63,507 nucleotides of DNA, filler included, from Hausera hauseri (GCA_046269625.1; 11 parts of 11 records of this genome joined end to end with filler, not necessarily neighbours in it); one strand, 5' to 3'. Positions 49,235 to 63,300 are shown, counted from the first letter of the whole stretch. Program-made: numbers and translations. Notes: generated from the sequence alone by a model not told the origin.

Positions 49235-50990
49235 GCAAGTTGAAGTCCGGGTATTGTAAAACTGGTTCGCGTGTTAGAATCTTCTTCATTTCGTCGAAAG
49301 CTTTCTGTTTGACATCCGATTATTTCCATTTAATTCCTTTCTTAAGTTGGCGATACAAAGGTGCATTTACTATCGAGTTGTCTGGCACATAAGAGGCATA
49401 ATATCCACATAAACCTAGTCACTGTCTTAACTTCCGATTTTATGGCTCCATGTCATCTTATATGTTGTCCAATAATGATTTTTCTGGCACCGATCCTCCT
49501 TCTCCAACTATATGGCCAAGGTTGGATACTGCGTTTTGAGCCCCTTTGCATTTCTTTGGGTATAATTTTAATCTTAATTGTTTCATTTGCATCATTATAT
49601 GCTCGACATCCTTTAAATGTTCTTCTGTTTTTGACGCTATTATTACATAATCTAAGTACACAAAAGCGTTGTCCTGTCCCATTAACATTTTATTCATCAT
49701 TCCTGTAAAAATGGTCGGTCCGGTAGTAATGCCGAACGGCATAACGTTAAATTCATAAACAACATCACGTGTTTTGAATGTCGTTTTATAACGGCCTTCG
49801 TCCTCGATTTCTACTTGCCAATATCCAGATTGTAAATCCAGAGTGGTAAACCATTTTTCACCTGAAAGCTTGTCTAGAGCTTCGTTTGCTGATGGCAGTG
49901 GGAAAGAATCCTTCAACATAAGACTGTTCAGTGTTCTGTAATCAATACAACATTGATGTTTTGTAGTACTTTTCTTTTTAACCATAAAGACTGGCAAGTA
50001 CCAAGATTTGTAGCTGGGCTTAATTATGTCTGCATTTAGAATTCGTTCAACTTCTTTTGTTGTCTCAGGTCTTTTGTTATCTTGTTGTCTCAGAGAATGA
50101 GATGGAGGTTACCATTTCGGCATCTTCTGGTCCTCAAGATCTATTTTCGGGCTTTTTCTTAAGCGGAATAATCAGTCTTAAAGTCTTTGCTCTACAAATA
50201 TCCTCGTCGTCTTTAGCAATAATAAATTTATAGTAGCATAATAATTCGTAGAATAGACAATAAGACTCGTGTGAAAACGTAGTTTCAACATGAGGTGGAA
50301 TTTCAGCATATTTGAAAGGTTTTTTTCAACAGTTATGGACGACACTCTATAAGTATTTTCCAAGGTAGTATAAGCATGTAGCTTGACTGGGTCGGTGCAT
50401 TATTCGCTATTCTGATCGGCACACGGTCTGACTTTACTCTTGCCAATATATTATTGATTACTATATTCGGAATTAACGTTTTCTTTGGTTCGAAATATAC
50501 TGGTTGGTAATAATCTTGTTGAATTTGTGCATAAATTATTATCTCTGTTCTCGATGGAATATTTTTGTCTATTGGAATCCACACTTCTCCAAATTCCCTA
50601 TCTTTAGCAGTTTTTACGCTTTTTATTGGTTTAATCTCTATTAGTTTTCCTGCTTGCATGTCGATTGCTACATTTGGTAGTATTTTAGCAGGTCGCAACC
50701 TAAAATTACATCATCAGTTAATTGTTCCATAATTGCAAATTCATAACAGTAAAACAATCCAAGTATATGAACCTCTGGCTTCCATTTGACTATCGGTTTT
50801 GACATTTGGCCAAAAGCGCCTGTGCTTTTCGGGATCTATTGTTGATGGTGGATACAACTGTCTTCTTAACGTTTGAGGAATTGAATCATTCTTGATGTAA
50901 GACGTCTGAGAACCTGTGTCTATTAAGCACAAACTTCCCAATCTTCTGTAGTGACTTTGGCAAAGGGTCTCCCTTCTATTTCTGTTCCGA
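49235..50990 (-). pseudogene. pol: Protease + reverse transcriptase
   Basis: GRPFAK, LIDTGSQ, CIDYRTLN, FTTLDLQSGYWQV, MPFGI, YLDY (mutated YLDD). Confidence 0.92.
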
Positions 50991-51455
50991 AGCAATTTGA
51001 TGCGGCCTTTGGGCGTTTAATTACCGATATTTTATGGCCGTTACTTCTGATTTCTGAGGAGGATACTATGCATTCCGACAGTTGTCTTAGTTCTTCATTT
51101 TGGTATAATTCGTTATTTTCAGTATTCGAGTTTTCCTTTTCATGAATACTAATTAGTGGTTCTCGGTTGTTCGTATGTGGTTCTATATTTTGAAAAGTTT
51201 GAAACCTTTGATTTCCCCAGACAGTTGGTCTGATCTCTATATTTCGAGGTTCTCTTGGAGAGTATAAGGTTCTAGGACCGTCCGTAGGCTCTCGGTAGAG
51301 CATTCTTCGTAAGATTCCATATCCTTTCATCCCTTTGTAAGGGTCTTCGAGATTAATCGTTCTCTTATAGATTTCTGTTTGATATGAACCCTTTGATCGC
51401 TTATCACAGTTTTCGTAGACTTGAGCAAAAGGGGGTAGCATGGGCAATGGTACCT

Positions 51456-53212
51456 TTATGATGGAATATGTTTTATGTCTATCAATTTTAAATATGGTTT
51501 CTCCGAATTATTCTTTCGTGTTTTGGGCTTAGGAAGCTTTCGCTTGTACAAGAATATAGGTCTCCTTTTCCGTTTGTGATTATGGTAGCCTACATTACAT
51601 TCTACGTCAATTTTCCATCTGCTTTCTTCGTATGCCTTTAAAAACTTTTCGAAAGGCGTTATGATCGCAGTCAAGATTATACATGAGAATACAGCCAATG
51701 TAAACATTTCGTATCCGTTAAATACTACTTCGACTACTGCCTTAATTAGTTGTATTAAGAAATATATGGCTGGAAATTCAGATGCGGCTTGTCCAAAAAT
51801 TAAAAATCTTCCCCAAATTTTATATAGTATTTCCGTGGTTACTCAATGATAATATTTTATACCGAGCAAGGATTACCATTTGGTTTGGTATCTGGTATCA
51901 TCTAATACTGAGGCAATGGCTCGATATAAGTCGAATCCTTTGTCGTAGAAAAGGGAGAAATTGTCTAAAGGCTTCAATTTCCTTTTGTCTATATATACCT
52001 TTCGATGATTCATCCTGGAATTTATCATCCGTTATTCGTCTTACGAGGTTAGCTCCTGTTAACTTAATTGGAGCGGCAGTAATACCTCCATTTGGTAAAC
52101 TTACTCAATGCGTTTCGCTACGTCTAAACATTGGTTTTCCTAAACTTGTTTTACACTGTTTAAGGATTGTTGGCCGAGTCGCATTATGTAACAGTACTCT
52201 AGTAAGTGGCATGGCTAACCGAGTGGTATTCTGGCAATTCTTGTATGCACCGTTTTTCTTCGACAGTAATTGATACATCTCTTTTCTCACATTTGTAAGT
52301 CAATAAGACTTCGCCGGTAACTCGACCAAAAATTTCTTCTCCTATAGGAATTATTGGTGATGCTAACTCAGGATTATCAAAGATGAGAGCTAATTTTGTC
52401 CTCACAATTTCCATGTCTAGTTTACAATCGTGCGTTATCATCTTGTGGTATATATATGCTATTCCAACTTATCCTTTGTAGGAAAAAATAATCGTCTCGG
52501 TTTTTCAAAAAATTTTCGACACGAATGTACTGCGTCTCTAGTTTGTAAGCTTTCGTACTTATTTCCGTTTCTGCGACGAAAAATGCTTCATAGATAGCGG
52601 CAAACACCACTACTTTGCAACAGAAGATCATTTTGTTTTTAATAAATTTTTGTCCATGAGTGTCAGAGATTAATACAGTAGGTGTAGAGTGTTCTGCTAC
52701 ATCTCCGCGTCTCCTTGTATTGCTGTCGAATTTATTCACATATCACTTACCGGTAATTTTATTTCCTTGATTTTAATAAAATTACAATTTCTTCCAGAGG
52801 GAGGTTCACATATTGTAACTGAACTTCTGAAAGCACACATGCTATCTTGTAAATAAAATCTTTGATTCGCGGTATATATAGTTTAATGACGCAATGAAAC
52901 AATGCCTTCTGTGCTCGCATTTCTATTCTTAGAAATTTACGACCATTACGTTTACTTCTATTACTTTACCGGCGTCATACTCTGCACCATTACAGTTTCC
53001 ATTATGCATGTCTAACCTTCCGACTACTACTTTATATGCTCTAATTATTTTTTTGTCTTTTTTGTCTCCAATTTGTGCGGTATGGCGTCTTCACACATCT
53101 CTAAGTCCATTAAGGAGTATTTTTGTCCGAGTTTAAATTTATCGGAGTCATAGTCTGTGACGGCACCTATCTGTTTTACTAACGCTATCAAGGTAAGTAG
53201 GTTGATTAACCA
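51456..53212 (-). pseudogene. env: Chuvirus-like glycoprotein (internally deleted)
   Basis: WLINLLTLIALVKQIGAV, YSLMDLEMCE, GEVLLTYKC, CIQELP, TM-region FTLAVFSCIILTAIITPF. Confidence 0.8.
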
Positions 53213-53318
53213 TTTGGATTCGTTTCTTCGGCTGTTATTATGCGTCATCGTCAGATTACGTAACACATCTTCGAGTCTCTTATTAATATAGGACCGTTTG
53301 TCTTCTTCCTTATGGAAT

Positions 53319-53418
53319 NNNNNNNNNNNNNNNNNNNNNNNNNNNNNNNNNNNNNNNNNNNNTTAATTAATTAANNNNNNNNNNNNNNNNNNNNNNNNNN
53401 NNNNNNNNNNNNNNNNNN
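53319..53418. other. Assembly linker
   Basis: 100 bp N-TTAATTAATTAA-N. Confidence 0.97.
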
Positions 53419-53759
53419 ATATTGTTGATTTTGTTTCTATATTCCGAGTTATTCTTGGTGAGTGCAATATCCCGTGGTCATCTTTCGCTTGTCTTTGGTT
53501 AGTGATATGCATTTTCTTTAATACTCCATATTGTTTTGTTCCTTCAGAAGAATCTTCATAGCTGAAGGGTTTCTGATAGAATGCCGATCTATATAACATC
53601 ATCGATGTTTTGTCACAGTCCTCGTATATCGGAGCCGTTGACGGCATGATAGGTAAGGGTGCTATAATTACGGAATACATTCTATGTCTATTTTGTCCAA
53701 GGATTGCATCTTCTCCCTTAGGCTCATCATCATCTGAATTATTTCTTCGTGTCATTGGT

Positions 53760-55683
53760 TTCTTATCCTTGTGTTTTAATTGAAATATGGGTCTTGCTCG
53801 ACGTTTATGATTATAATAGCCGACCTGGCGTTAAACGTCATTTTTCCATCAAATCTCTTCATACGCTTTAAGCATTTTACCAAATGGTGTGATAATTGCA
53901 GTTAGTATTTTGCATGAAAATCCAGTTAACGTAAATATGTCGTATCCATTAATTACTGCTTGGATGACGGCCTTAACCATCTATATCAGAAAATATATTG
54001 CTAAGAATCCAGATGTAGCTTGTCAAAAAATTAAAAATCTTCCCCAAATTTTGTAAAGTATTTCCGTTGTTACTCTCTAATAATGGTCTACGCCAAGTAA
54101 TGATTTCTATTTAGCCTGATATCATGTATCATCTACCATAGCTCGATTTAATTCATGAGTTTGCTGTCGCGGAAAAGCCAGGAATTGTTTGAAGGATTCG
54201 ATTTCCTTCGGTCTGTATATGCCTTTCGAGGAGGTGTCTTGGAATTTATCGTCTGTAATCCCTTTTGCAAGATTAGTCCCTGTTAATTTATTTGGAGAGG
54301 CAGTAATACCTCCATTTGGTAACCTAACCCCCAATCCGTTTTGCTACGTCTAAACATTGGTTCACCCAAACTTGCTTTGCAATCCTTCAATATTGTAGGT
54401 TGTGTTGCGTTGTCTAGCAATACTCTAGTGAGAGGCATGGCTAACCGTGGGGTATTATGGTAGATTACAGGGAGTTCTTGTATGCACCGTTTTTCCTCAA
54501 CGTTAATTGGTACATCTCTTTTCTCGCATTTGTATGTCAGTAAGACTTCACCTGTAACCCGATCAAAAATTCCTTCTCTCATGGGAATAATCGGTGAGGC
54601 TAACTCCGGGTTTGCATAAATGAGGGCTAATTTTGTTTTCGTGATTTCCGTATTTAATTTGCAGTCATTAGTTATCATTTTGTGGTATAGTTCGGCTATT
54701 CCAACTTGTCCTTTGTAATAAAAATAATCATCTCGGTTTTTCAGATAATCTTCGATTCTAATATCTTGCATTTCTAAGTTGTACGTTTTTAACTTTATCT
54801 CCGATTCTGCGACGAAGAACGCTTTGTAGTTAGCGGTAAACATTATCACTTCATACCATGAGATCATTTCCTTCTTTATGAATTTCAATCCTTGTTGATC
54901 CGAGATTAATATCGTAGGTGTATGATGCTCTGATACATCTTCACGTGCTCTTGAACTGATGTCGGATTAGTTTACGTATCGTTTTCCGGTGGTTTCATTA
55001 AATTTCAATTCCTTAATTTTAATAAAATTACTGGCTTTTCCGGTGGGCGGTTCCCATATGACGACAGAACTTCTGAAGGCACAGGTTCCGTCTTACATGT
55101 GACACTTCTGATTCTTATGATATAATTTAGTGACGCTATGAAACATTATCTTTTGAACTCGCATTTCCGATTCGTAAAAATCTACTACAACTATGTTTGC
55201 TTGCAATACTTTTCCGATATCGTATTTCGTTCCACTACAATGCCCGCTATGCATATCCAACCTTCCGGCTACTATCTTTTATGCTCTGATTATTTTTCCG
55301 GGCTGCATTTCTAATTCCATGCTATCCCATTTCAGTCTTCCGGTTTCTCGGGCTTGCTTGCAGTGTTATCTTTCCAAATTCATAGGAATCGGAGGGGTTG
55401 TCGGTTTAATTATTGAGGAGTGTACGTGTATTAGTCCACAGTGAAAGATGCTACAAGATCGTCTCAACATACATTCCGTGCCATCCAAAGATATCAATTC
55501 TTGTTGTTGGTATAGGAAATAACTCTTCTCATTTGTTTCCAATTTGTGTGGTCTGGCATCCTTACATGCTTCTAAGTCCATTAGTGAATATTTTTGTCTA
55601 AGCTTAAATCTATCACAATCATAGACGGTAACAGCACCCATTTGTTTTAATAGCATCATTAGGGTGAATAAACTGATTAACCA
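53760..55683 (-). pseudogene. env: Chuvirus-like glycoprotein
   Basis: WLISLFTLMMLLKQMGA/VTVYDC, SIFHCG, LYHKMITNDC, GEVLLTYKC, CIQELPV, PLTRVL. Confidence 0.82.
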
Positions 55684-58600
55684 ATTTGATTCATTTTTCC
55701 TGTTGTTATTATCCCTTGTCGTCAGGTTCCGTATGATATCTTCGAGTCTATTGTTACCACTTCTCTTGTCTTCTTCTTTGTCAAACAGTTTTGGCCAATT
55801 TACTTCACACGGGAGTTTCCTAGCTGCTTTTCGTGCCAAATTTGTGGCTTGGTTTAATTCATTTTCTCGATTGGGATTTGTCTTAATTGCCAAGTACAAT
55901 AACACTTTTCTTGGCTCTTCTATCGTATTTTCCACCATAATTTTCTCAACTACTGCATCGTCAGTTAGACTACTTTTTAACAGTTTGAAATGCGAACTTT
56001 TCATTGTCCTGGCTGCATTAAATATTTCCTTTTCTTTGTCATTTAATGTATCTCCGCGGAGACTCGAATAATTTACTATACGTATTAAATTTTTCATTAA
56101 CTCGCTTAATTTTTTATTATCTGTACTAAAAGTAGGAATCGACATCTGCCTTAACTCTCTAATCAGTTCTCCATTATAGTCAATTTCTTCTCGAGGCTTC
56201 CTAGATCTGCCGACTGGGCGTTTTGGTCTTGTGGCATTGGTTGGCATTCTACTCAGCGGTACTAGTTTCTTGTCATATTGTTCCTTATCTTTATCCGTTT
56301 GTAAATACTCGAAATACATTGCCGCATCTCGTACTCTCATGATTTCTCCTACACATTGTTCCGTTTTAGCATTCCGTGTGGCTTCTTCTTTCGTCTGTTC
56401 ATTGGCTATTATTACTATTATACGATTCGTTTCATCGGGGATAATTCCGACATCAATTAACTGTTTTAAATCGTCGAGTATTCTTCCTCTAAAGTAGAAT
56501 CTGTAATTTATCTCGTTTGTTCCACCGTTCTTTAGTAACCATTCTCTTACGTCCTTAACGTAGGAATAAGTAGTCAGCTCACATACTTTTCCTTCCATCC
56601 AGTCAGATGATATCATTATTTTCAGCACTACTTCAGGTTTAGTTCTCAAAGTATTTGCATACTTCTTTATCAGAAGTTTTGGCATTGTGTTGTAAATTGT
56701 ATTCTCGCTATATAATTTAGTTAAGGTCGAAATACGTTGTCTGGGCTTGCTTTTAGTCATATTCACATTAATTGATTCCATCAAGTCCCTTTCAGTTAAC
56801 TCTGAGTCTAGGAGCATTTCCACATTGAATTTCCTGTCCTGCGGATACATTTGTATTTCATCTAGGTGTACTGGTAGTCCGTAATCTACAAGAGCTATGT
56901 TCGTTCTTTGCACATTTTCTCGAACTTCTTTCAGTCTTGGTTGTATTTCTTTAATCTGCGTAGTTCGGAAACCTATTCCGTTTCCACATGCATATTGAAT
57001 CATTTTCAGTAATTCGCCTAACTCGTTAGAATTGATGAATCCCTTTTGATAATAATCGGTTAATTCGATAATTACATCTCTTTGCCATCTTTGTACAAAT
57101 TCTCTCTTATTTTTTATTTCTGATTCCGTAAAAGCGTATTTGTTCTGGTAACCTTCAAACTCTTTTACTAGTTTATGCAGTCACGTTGCTCTTTGTTTTG
57201 TTTTGATGCATGTTTCTTCAACTTGTTGTATTTTGGGCATTAATTGTCTCATCCTTTCATCATTGATTTCCGCCATTTCTACCAGTAAATAAGCTGGCTC
57301 ATACATCCCATTTATAGTTTTTGAGTCGGGATCCATTGCATCCGACAATTACTTCACGAACTTGTGTTCCTGAAAGCTAAAATGTAGGTCGTCTCTTATT
57401 TTTGTCAACTCGGTATGAAAATTCTGAACTGATCCAGTCATCCATTCCTGTGGTTTATGCCAGAATTTTATTGCGTCTTTTAACGTATCTCGATGTCCGG
57501 GACAGATGTCTAAGATTTCAATGTTTTGGGCGGAGATCTTGTCGATCGGTTTTTCCGTTAAGTATTAGATTCCTTCTAGTCGAGCAACCTTCAACTTTGA
57601 AGTTACATTGTAAATCATGTTCCGTTTTTCCGTGAAGTTCGTCTGTTTGATTAATTTATAAATCTCCTTTAATATCTACGTTTCTTGTTCTCTTTTCATA
57701 AATTTTAACCGTCTTAATGCTTCGAAATGGGTGCGGATATCTATTTCTATTCGCATTGTGCCTAGATCATGTGCACTTTCTTCTAGCTGCTTCTTTACCA
57801 TTGGGTCGTTTTGCGGAAATTCTTTTTTGCGGTCTTCTACTGATTTGCTTAGTCGGTTTACTAACTCGGACCATTCCGGCAATTGATTTGCGATTACTGG
57901 TTTCACCATTATAGCCTTATCTAACATCTTATACGCATCGTTTAACTCATCGTCCGGTCCTCTTAGGAAATTCATAATCCAACCGACATAACTAAACTTG
58001 TCCTTATATTCGTCCAGTTCTGCGATACAAGCTTTTATTATATATTTCGTTTCTTCGTTATTCATGAACATGATCCGATTTCTTAAACTACTGATTTGTG
58101 ACCTTCTTTTATTCTCCATTTTGATGCGGCTCTTTAAGTCCGCACATTGTCTGTTTTCGAGGAAGGCAATTTTTATCATCTCCATTAAGTGAGGAATATC
58201 TATCGGGTCTACACCCAATATCTCTAAATCGATACTACTTCGATCGCTAACCGGTTTTTCTCTAAGGCGATTTATCATTATATAACGTATTTCGTCCATC
58301 TTACGTTCTACGTTACGGGCTACTCTCTTCAACTTAGGATTAGCTTCTTAGATAGATAGCAGTGTTTGCGCTTCAGCAACTTTTACACTAATATTATTTT
58401 CGTCTTTATTCCATCCTTCCGAAAATTCTACTCCACTTTTAATCCACGACTCTAATTCGTGGTTCCATTTTATCAACGTATCTCGTGGCGCCTCTTCCGG
58501 TTGTCTTAATTTAATTGCTTCGTCAAGTATCCCATCACTCCACAATTTTTAAATTTTGTATAATTTCTCCGCAAACTGTTGTTCTTTACCAGATATGTCT

Positions 58601-59436
58601 GTTTGTTTACTGATCTGTTTAAACCTCTCTAAATTGTGTCGGAGTATTTCTGGATCGTGACATCTAATTCTTGTCTTCTTTAATTCATCAGCATTCTTCC
58701 ATAAACGTCGAACTTTCCATTTCCTTGCATCAGGATCATTATTATCGTCCGTTTCTTCCTCACTAGCGGGAAGCGGACAAATTTCATTTATTTCGTCATT
58801 AACATTTATCATCTCGGGTGTCTCCAACACTTCTGGAATCCCTATAGGCGTAGTAGAAATATCTGAGGATGAGTTTGCGGTGTAAATATCTTCTCTTCTT
58901 TCTATGTTCTTTTTAATGGGCAAGCGTGAACGAGTTTTAGATTTTCTCTTAGGCGATGGGCTTCTACCTGTATTCTTCGTTATCTTGAGAACTAAGGGCC
59001 CAAGAAATTCGCTTTTGACTTCATCCGTTTTTTCATCTGGATTATGCGTCACGACTTCTATTTCTGCGTTTAAGTCTACATTTTTAGATGTCGATGGATT
59101 CTCCGATTGTGCTATTCCTTGTGGAATAGACTTCTTACGCGCCATATTAGTATTATTTGGTGCTAATGCCCATTCTTCTTCAGTTTGTGACTCTCTTAAT
59201 CCATGATAAACTTCCATTTGTCGTAATTTCTTTTTATATTCTTTTCTAGTGTTCATTACTTGAGGATTAGTAGTTTCACTTAGATTTCTTAAAGATCTGC
59301 GTAAATCTTGCATTTCGATAATCAGGCTTATATCTCCTCGTTTGCCATATATGGCTTCTAATTTATTCTTGATCATACTTGTTTTGTTTGGTTCAGTAAA
59401 TGTGACACTACTAGGATTTGGGCATGACCTAGCAAT
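55684..59436 (-). pseudogene. Gag end + region X with ubiquitin-like domain (56407-56625)
   Basis: Homologous to 37860-41718. Confidence 0.75.
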
Positions 59437-59536
59437 NNNNNNNNNNNNNNNNNNNNNNNNNNNNNNNNNNNNNNNNNNNNTTAATTAATTAANNNNNNNN
59501 NNNNNNNNNNNNNNNNNNNNNNNNNNNNNNNNNNNN
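59437..59536. other. Assembly linker
   Basis: 100 bp N-TTAATTAATTAA-N. Confidence 0.97.
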
Positions 59537-59713
59537 CCCATCATCGCTGGTGACGAAATTGGAACGTATGCGTCAACTCGTCGCATACAAGGATATTATG
59601 CACCAAAATCCATTGACATTTCTATGTAAAAATTATTGTGTGGACTGTCTTAGACGTCAGTGAACATATATTGTTACAAACTTTGTTGTGTTAATAAATG
59701 TTTTGTTGAAATA

Positions 59714-60230
59714 ATGTCCGTCTTATTTATTGGCTTTGAGGGATTCGTGGATAATAATAATGAATACATCATAAAGGAGCTATGTATAATGCCAATGGAT
59801 AATATATTTCATCCACTACATTATGTATTTGCTTAAGTGAATTTTAGTATAGTACATGTGATTTAAGCTATGTTTTGACCTACAACACATCACTGTACAA
59901 ACAAGGCCCAAGCAACAAATGCTTATCTGACACAACATCATTATAAACTGACTTGAGAAGAATACAATACCCAGTTTTGAGGAGATTTCCTTATGTGAGA
60001 CATTGGGAATGTGTGATATAGATGAATCCATATTCTATATCAAAGATCATGCTCATGAGCGAAAGAAGATATTTAATAGCGCATTTCCAGAATTGCGAAA
60101 ATGTGCATATGAATGTAGCATATTGGTGTCTATACCAAAGAATATTACATGTATTTATCGTAAACATGATCAATATTGTGCTTATAAAAAGTGTTTAGCG
60201 TTATGCCAAAGTGATATTGTTACTAAATAA
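59714..60230 (+). pseudogene. Small DEDD-like exonuclease-type ORF with C-terminal Cys/His cluster, of the kind found in arthropod Polintons
   Basis: MSVLFIGFEGFVDNNNEYIIKELCIMP...HYVF ... FYIK...K...C..H..YCA; disrupted. Confidence 0.5.
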
Positions 60231-60388
60231 ATGTGTTATGAAATTAGTTGGTCTTAACCTATACAGTAGTTACTTAATTTTACTTGGCCTTATCCTATAT
60301 CCCACAATATTTGATTAAGATATTATATTGCAACACGACATTTCTATACAACATTTATTAAACAAAGAATAACAGTGAATAACAATAT

Positions 60389-63300
60389 TTAGAATGCCAC
60401 ATATCCGTGAGGTAGTGTGTGGATTCTATCGCTCAGGATCTGCATCTTGTTATCCATCCAATCTAGGCCTTTCTTGTGCAATGTTACTGTTTGGATTTTA
60501 TGATCCCTATATTGGATCCTTCGCATTTCCGATATAATGTTAGTCTACTCATGCTGAACTGTCACATAATCTTCAAAACTGATCTTCTTGGCAAGTGTAG
60601 CCCTTTGAACGCCCTTGGCTCTCTTTTTGATCTGACCACATAAATCTGAAGCATATATTTTTGACATGAGAGCTACAAATCTCGAGATTATTGCTCTGTT
60701 CATCTCGTTTTCGAATTTCCCAAGGATTTTCTTGTTGGCAATTGAATAGTTGGGATGATCCTTTGGATAGTTAAAGGTATCCATGTGTTGAGCCAATTGG
60801 GCAAAGTCCTTATAAATATCATCTGCATGGATCTGATAGTAAAACTATCAGTATCCATGTACATCAGCTGCATGGATTTGAATGTGGGGACCATGACGCC
60901 ATAATGGAAATTGTACATCAAGGTTTTGACAGGTCGAGGATTGTCATACCCACATATATCGGCTTGTTGAATACCAATGCTGCTTTCAGCATATGAATTC
61001 CTACCAAATTCTCAGCATATATGGCTCTGCTATGGAAGTTAGGCTTAGCAATGAGCTTCTTTGCCCGCTTCCAGTTACATACCAGATCGATGTTGACCCT
61101 TTTGCGGATATTCTCCATGGTCTTGCCAAAAACACTGTTGTTATATAGTTTGAATTGATCATTCTCAAAGTCGTTCATGGCTATAGTGCGCAGCCTCGCA
61201 TTGCGGTCTATGTATGACTGCAGCTACATGGACTGGCGAACTGCAGGGCTCTATGGATCTTGTTAATACGAAGTCCATATCTAACTGCCGGCTGAAGATT
61301 AATGTAGTGGATTACATACCTCGCCCTATTACCCAAATGACAGAGCAGCTTTCTATACTTTCCATGGGGCGGAGGCCTGTTTTCAGGCAGAAAAGGTAGC
61401 TATTGATGCCTTGCGTGGATAGAAGCCGGATATTCCTTATCTACCGCCAGTATGTATCCCTCATCTCCAGTGGTATCCAGGTCCAGTATAGGGATGTTTT
61501 CAGGATTTTCAGCCCATTTGACGTTATCATATGGCAATGGGACTATCATTGCCCATCCATACAAGTTGTTGGCATTCAGGTATGATATATATGATAATTC
61601 CTTTGTTGAGTCGTATTCGGTCATATACTTGCTGTCGGCCTCACGATACCGGTTAATGGCCTGGCATATTCCGCCTTTAATGCATCTCTCTCGATCATAA
61701 AGATCATGTTGTAATCCTTAATTATCTGCTGCCTAATACCAGTATGAGCTGGATCCAAAGCATGACTCTTCATTGTAACAGCCCTGAAACTCTCAAAGAC
61801 ATCTGTCAACAGAAGCACGTCCGTCTTGAGTTAAATATCACTGTATTCTCCTATTGATCGGCTTTGGAATGCCTGCCAGACGTTCTGAGCATTCTGGTAG
61901 TCAGCATCACTTATATCACAGTCTGACAGCTGGCTATAAAAGCCCTATTTGTCCGGCAGTGAGATCTCATCCAGTGCTTCCAATGAAGTTATACAGTCAT
62001 AGGGAAACACGCCTTTCCTCTTGACAAGGTCAAATGCAGTGGGGAAGAATCGCTTTGTCTCTTTGAGTTTTTCTGCATGCAGGTTCTTTACTAAACTGTC
62101 CAGTGAAGACGATATGAAGCGGAAACTGTCTACTAAGCAAAGCCTAATTTTCCCAACATACTTCGTAAAAGTGATGTATTTTTTCTCACTTTTGGGGATC
62201 ACATCTATATTACCATCAGTGTTGCCTAATTCTCGGATTATAAAATGAGAATCATAACCACTGAAATTATGGAACACTACAGGCACATATCTGCACGTTT
62301 TGAGTCCTAGATTGCAGTTGTTACATGCTGCGCCTCGATATGCACCTGTAAAATGGCAGTGATCATTGACTTTCCAATTTTCCTTCGTAAAAGACTTGTC
62401 GCACAAGTAACATGTTTTTGCCTTGCGCCATTCGTCTTTTTGCATTCACGACATGCTCATATTATCCTTATGCTGCTAAAGCATGTTTTTAAGCTTATCA
62501 GCTATGTTTTCAAGTTGTTTTATGAAATGTGCTGCTGCGCCTGGACCTCTAAATAGATATGGTTCAATGTCCAGTCTTTGGCATACATGCAATATTATGA
62601 GAGTTCATGATATTGGTATGCCGTTGTACTGCTGTGTTGAGGACTGGGAGTGCAGCTGTAAAATGGCCGGAGAATATCTTCAAAGTCGCAATAGACGACA
62701 GTTGAGACCTTGAGCTTCTTCTTGAACTCCTTGAATTCAATATAGGAATCCTTGGGAAATTCTGGCCTGATAAAGTAATTGTTGTTGCAGTACATCTTGT
62801 GCTGTGCAAGCTTTCCACTGCAGTATCACCGCTAAAATGGGACAAGCGTTGTTTACATATTTCTATTTGTCCATGATGATTCATAATTTGGAATTTGACT
62901 AGACGCTCATACTTTTTTATCCAAACATAATGTTTCTTTTCCCCGTCGTCTAGTAGGAGCAGATCTCTATGATCTTCCAATTCAGTATCACATATTTGCA
63001 GGGGATAGAATTTGTCTACATCATCCAATCCAATGATGTTGATGGATATATTGTTGAATCGACTGAACTTCTTGACTTCATCTATGGATAGCGGGAACTT
63101 AATACATTGGAAGTCATTGTTGTGCTGCAGACCATTATGTAGCCAAATTCAATCTGCTGCATGTTTCTGATCCATTACAAGTTCACAGAGAATGGAATAC
63201 ATGAAACGCTTGTTGTCACTCTTATGGACATGCTTTTTTATTACCCATCCAATCAGGGAGTTGAATATATGAACTACCCCGCATTCGGGAGAACCTGTGC

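Larger units (their letters stand above)
49235..53318 (-). mobile_element. chu-Gypsy copy 4 (glycoprotein-linker-PR-RT)
   Basis: Same order as copy 1. Confidence 0.9.
53419..59436 (-). mobile_element. chu-Gypsy copy 5 (gag knuckle end-X-Ubl-glycoprotein-linker)
   Basis: Starts IARSCPNP in frame with ORF 59376; ORFs starting at 59376, 58545, 58332 and 57003 share one frame; 545-aa ORF runs from X into G. Confidence 0.9.

Noticed and set aside
38229-58192. Numerous antisense ORFs over retroelement and PolB coding regions (S/L/F-rich)
   Set aside because: Shadow frames of the A-rich coding strand with no motifs
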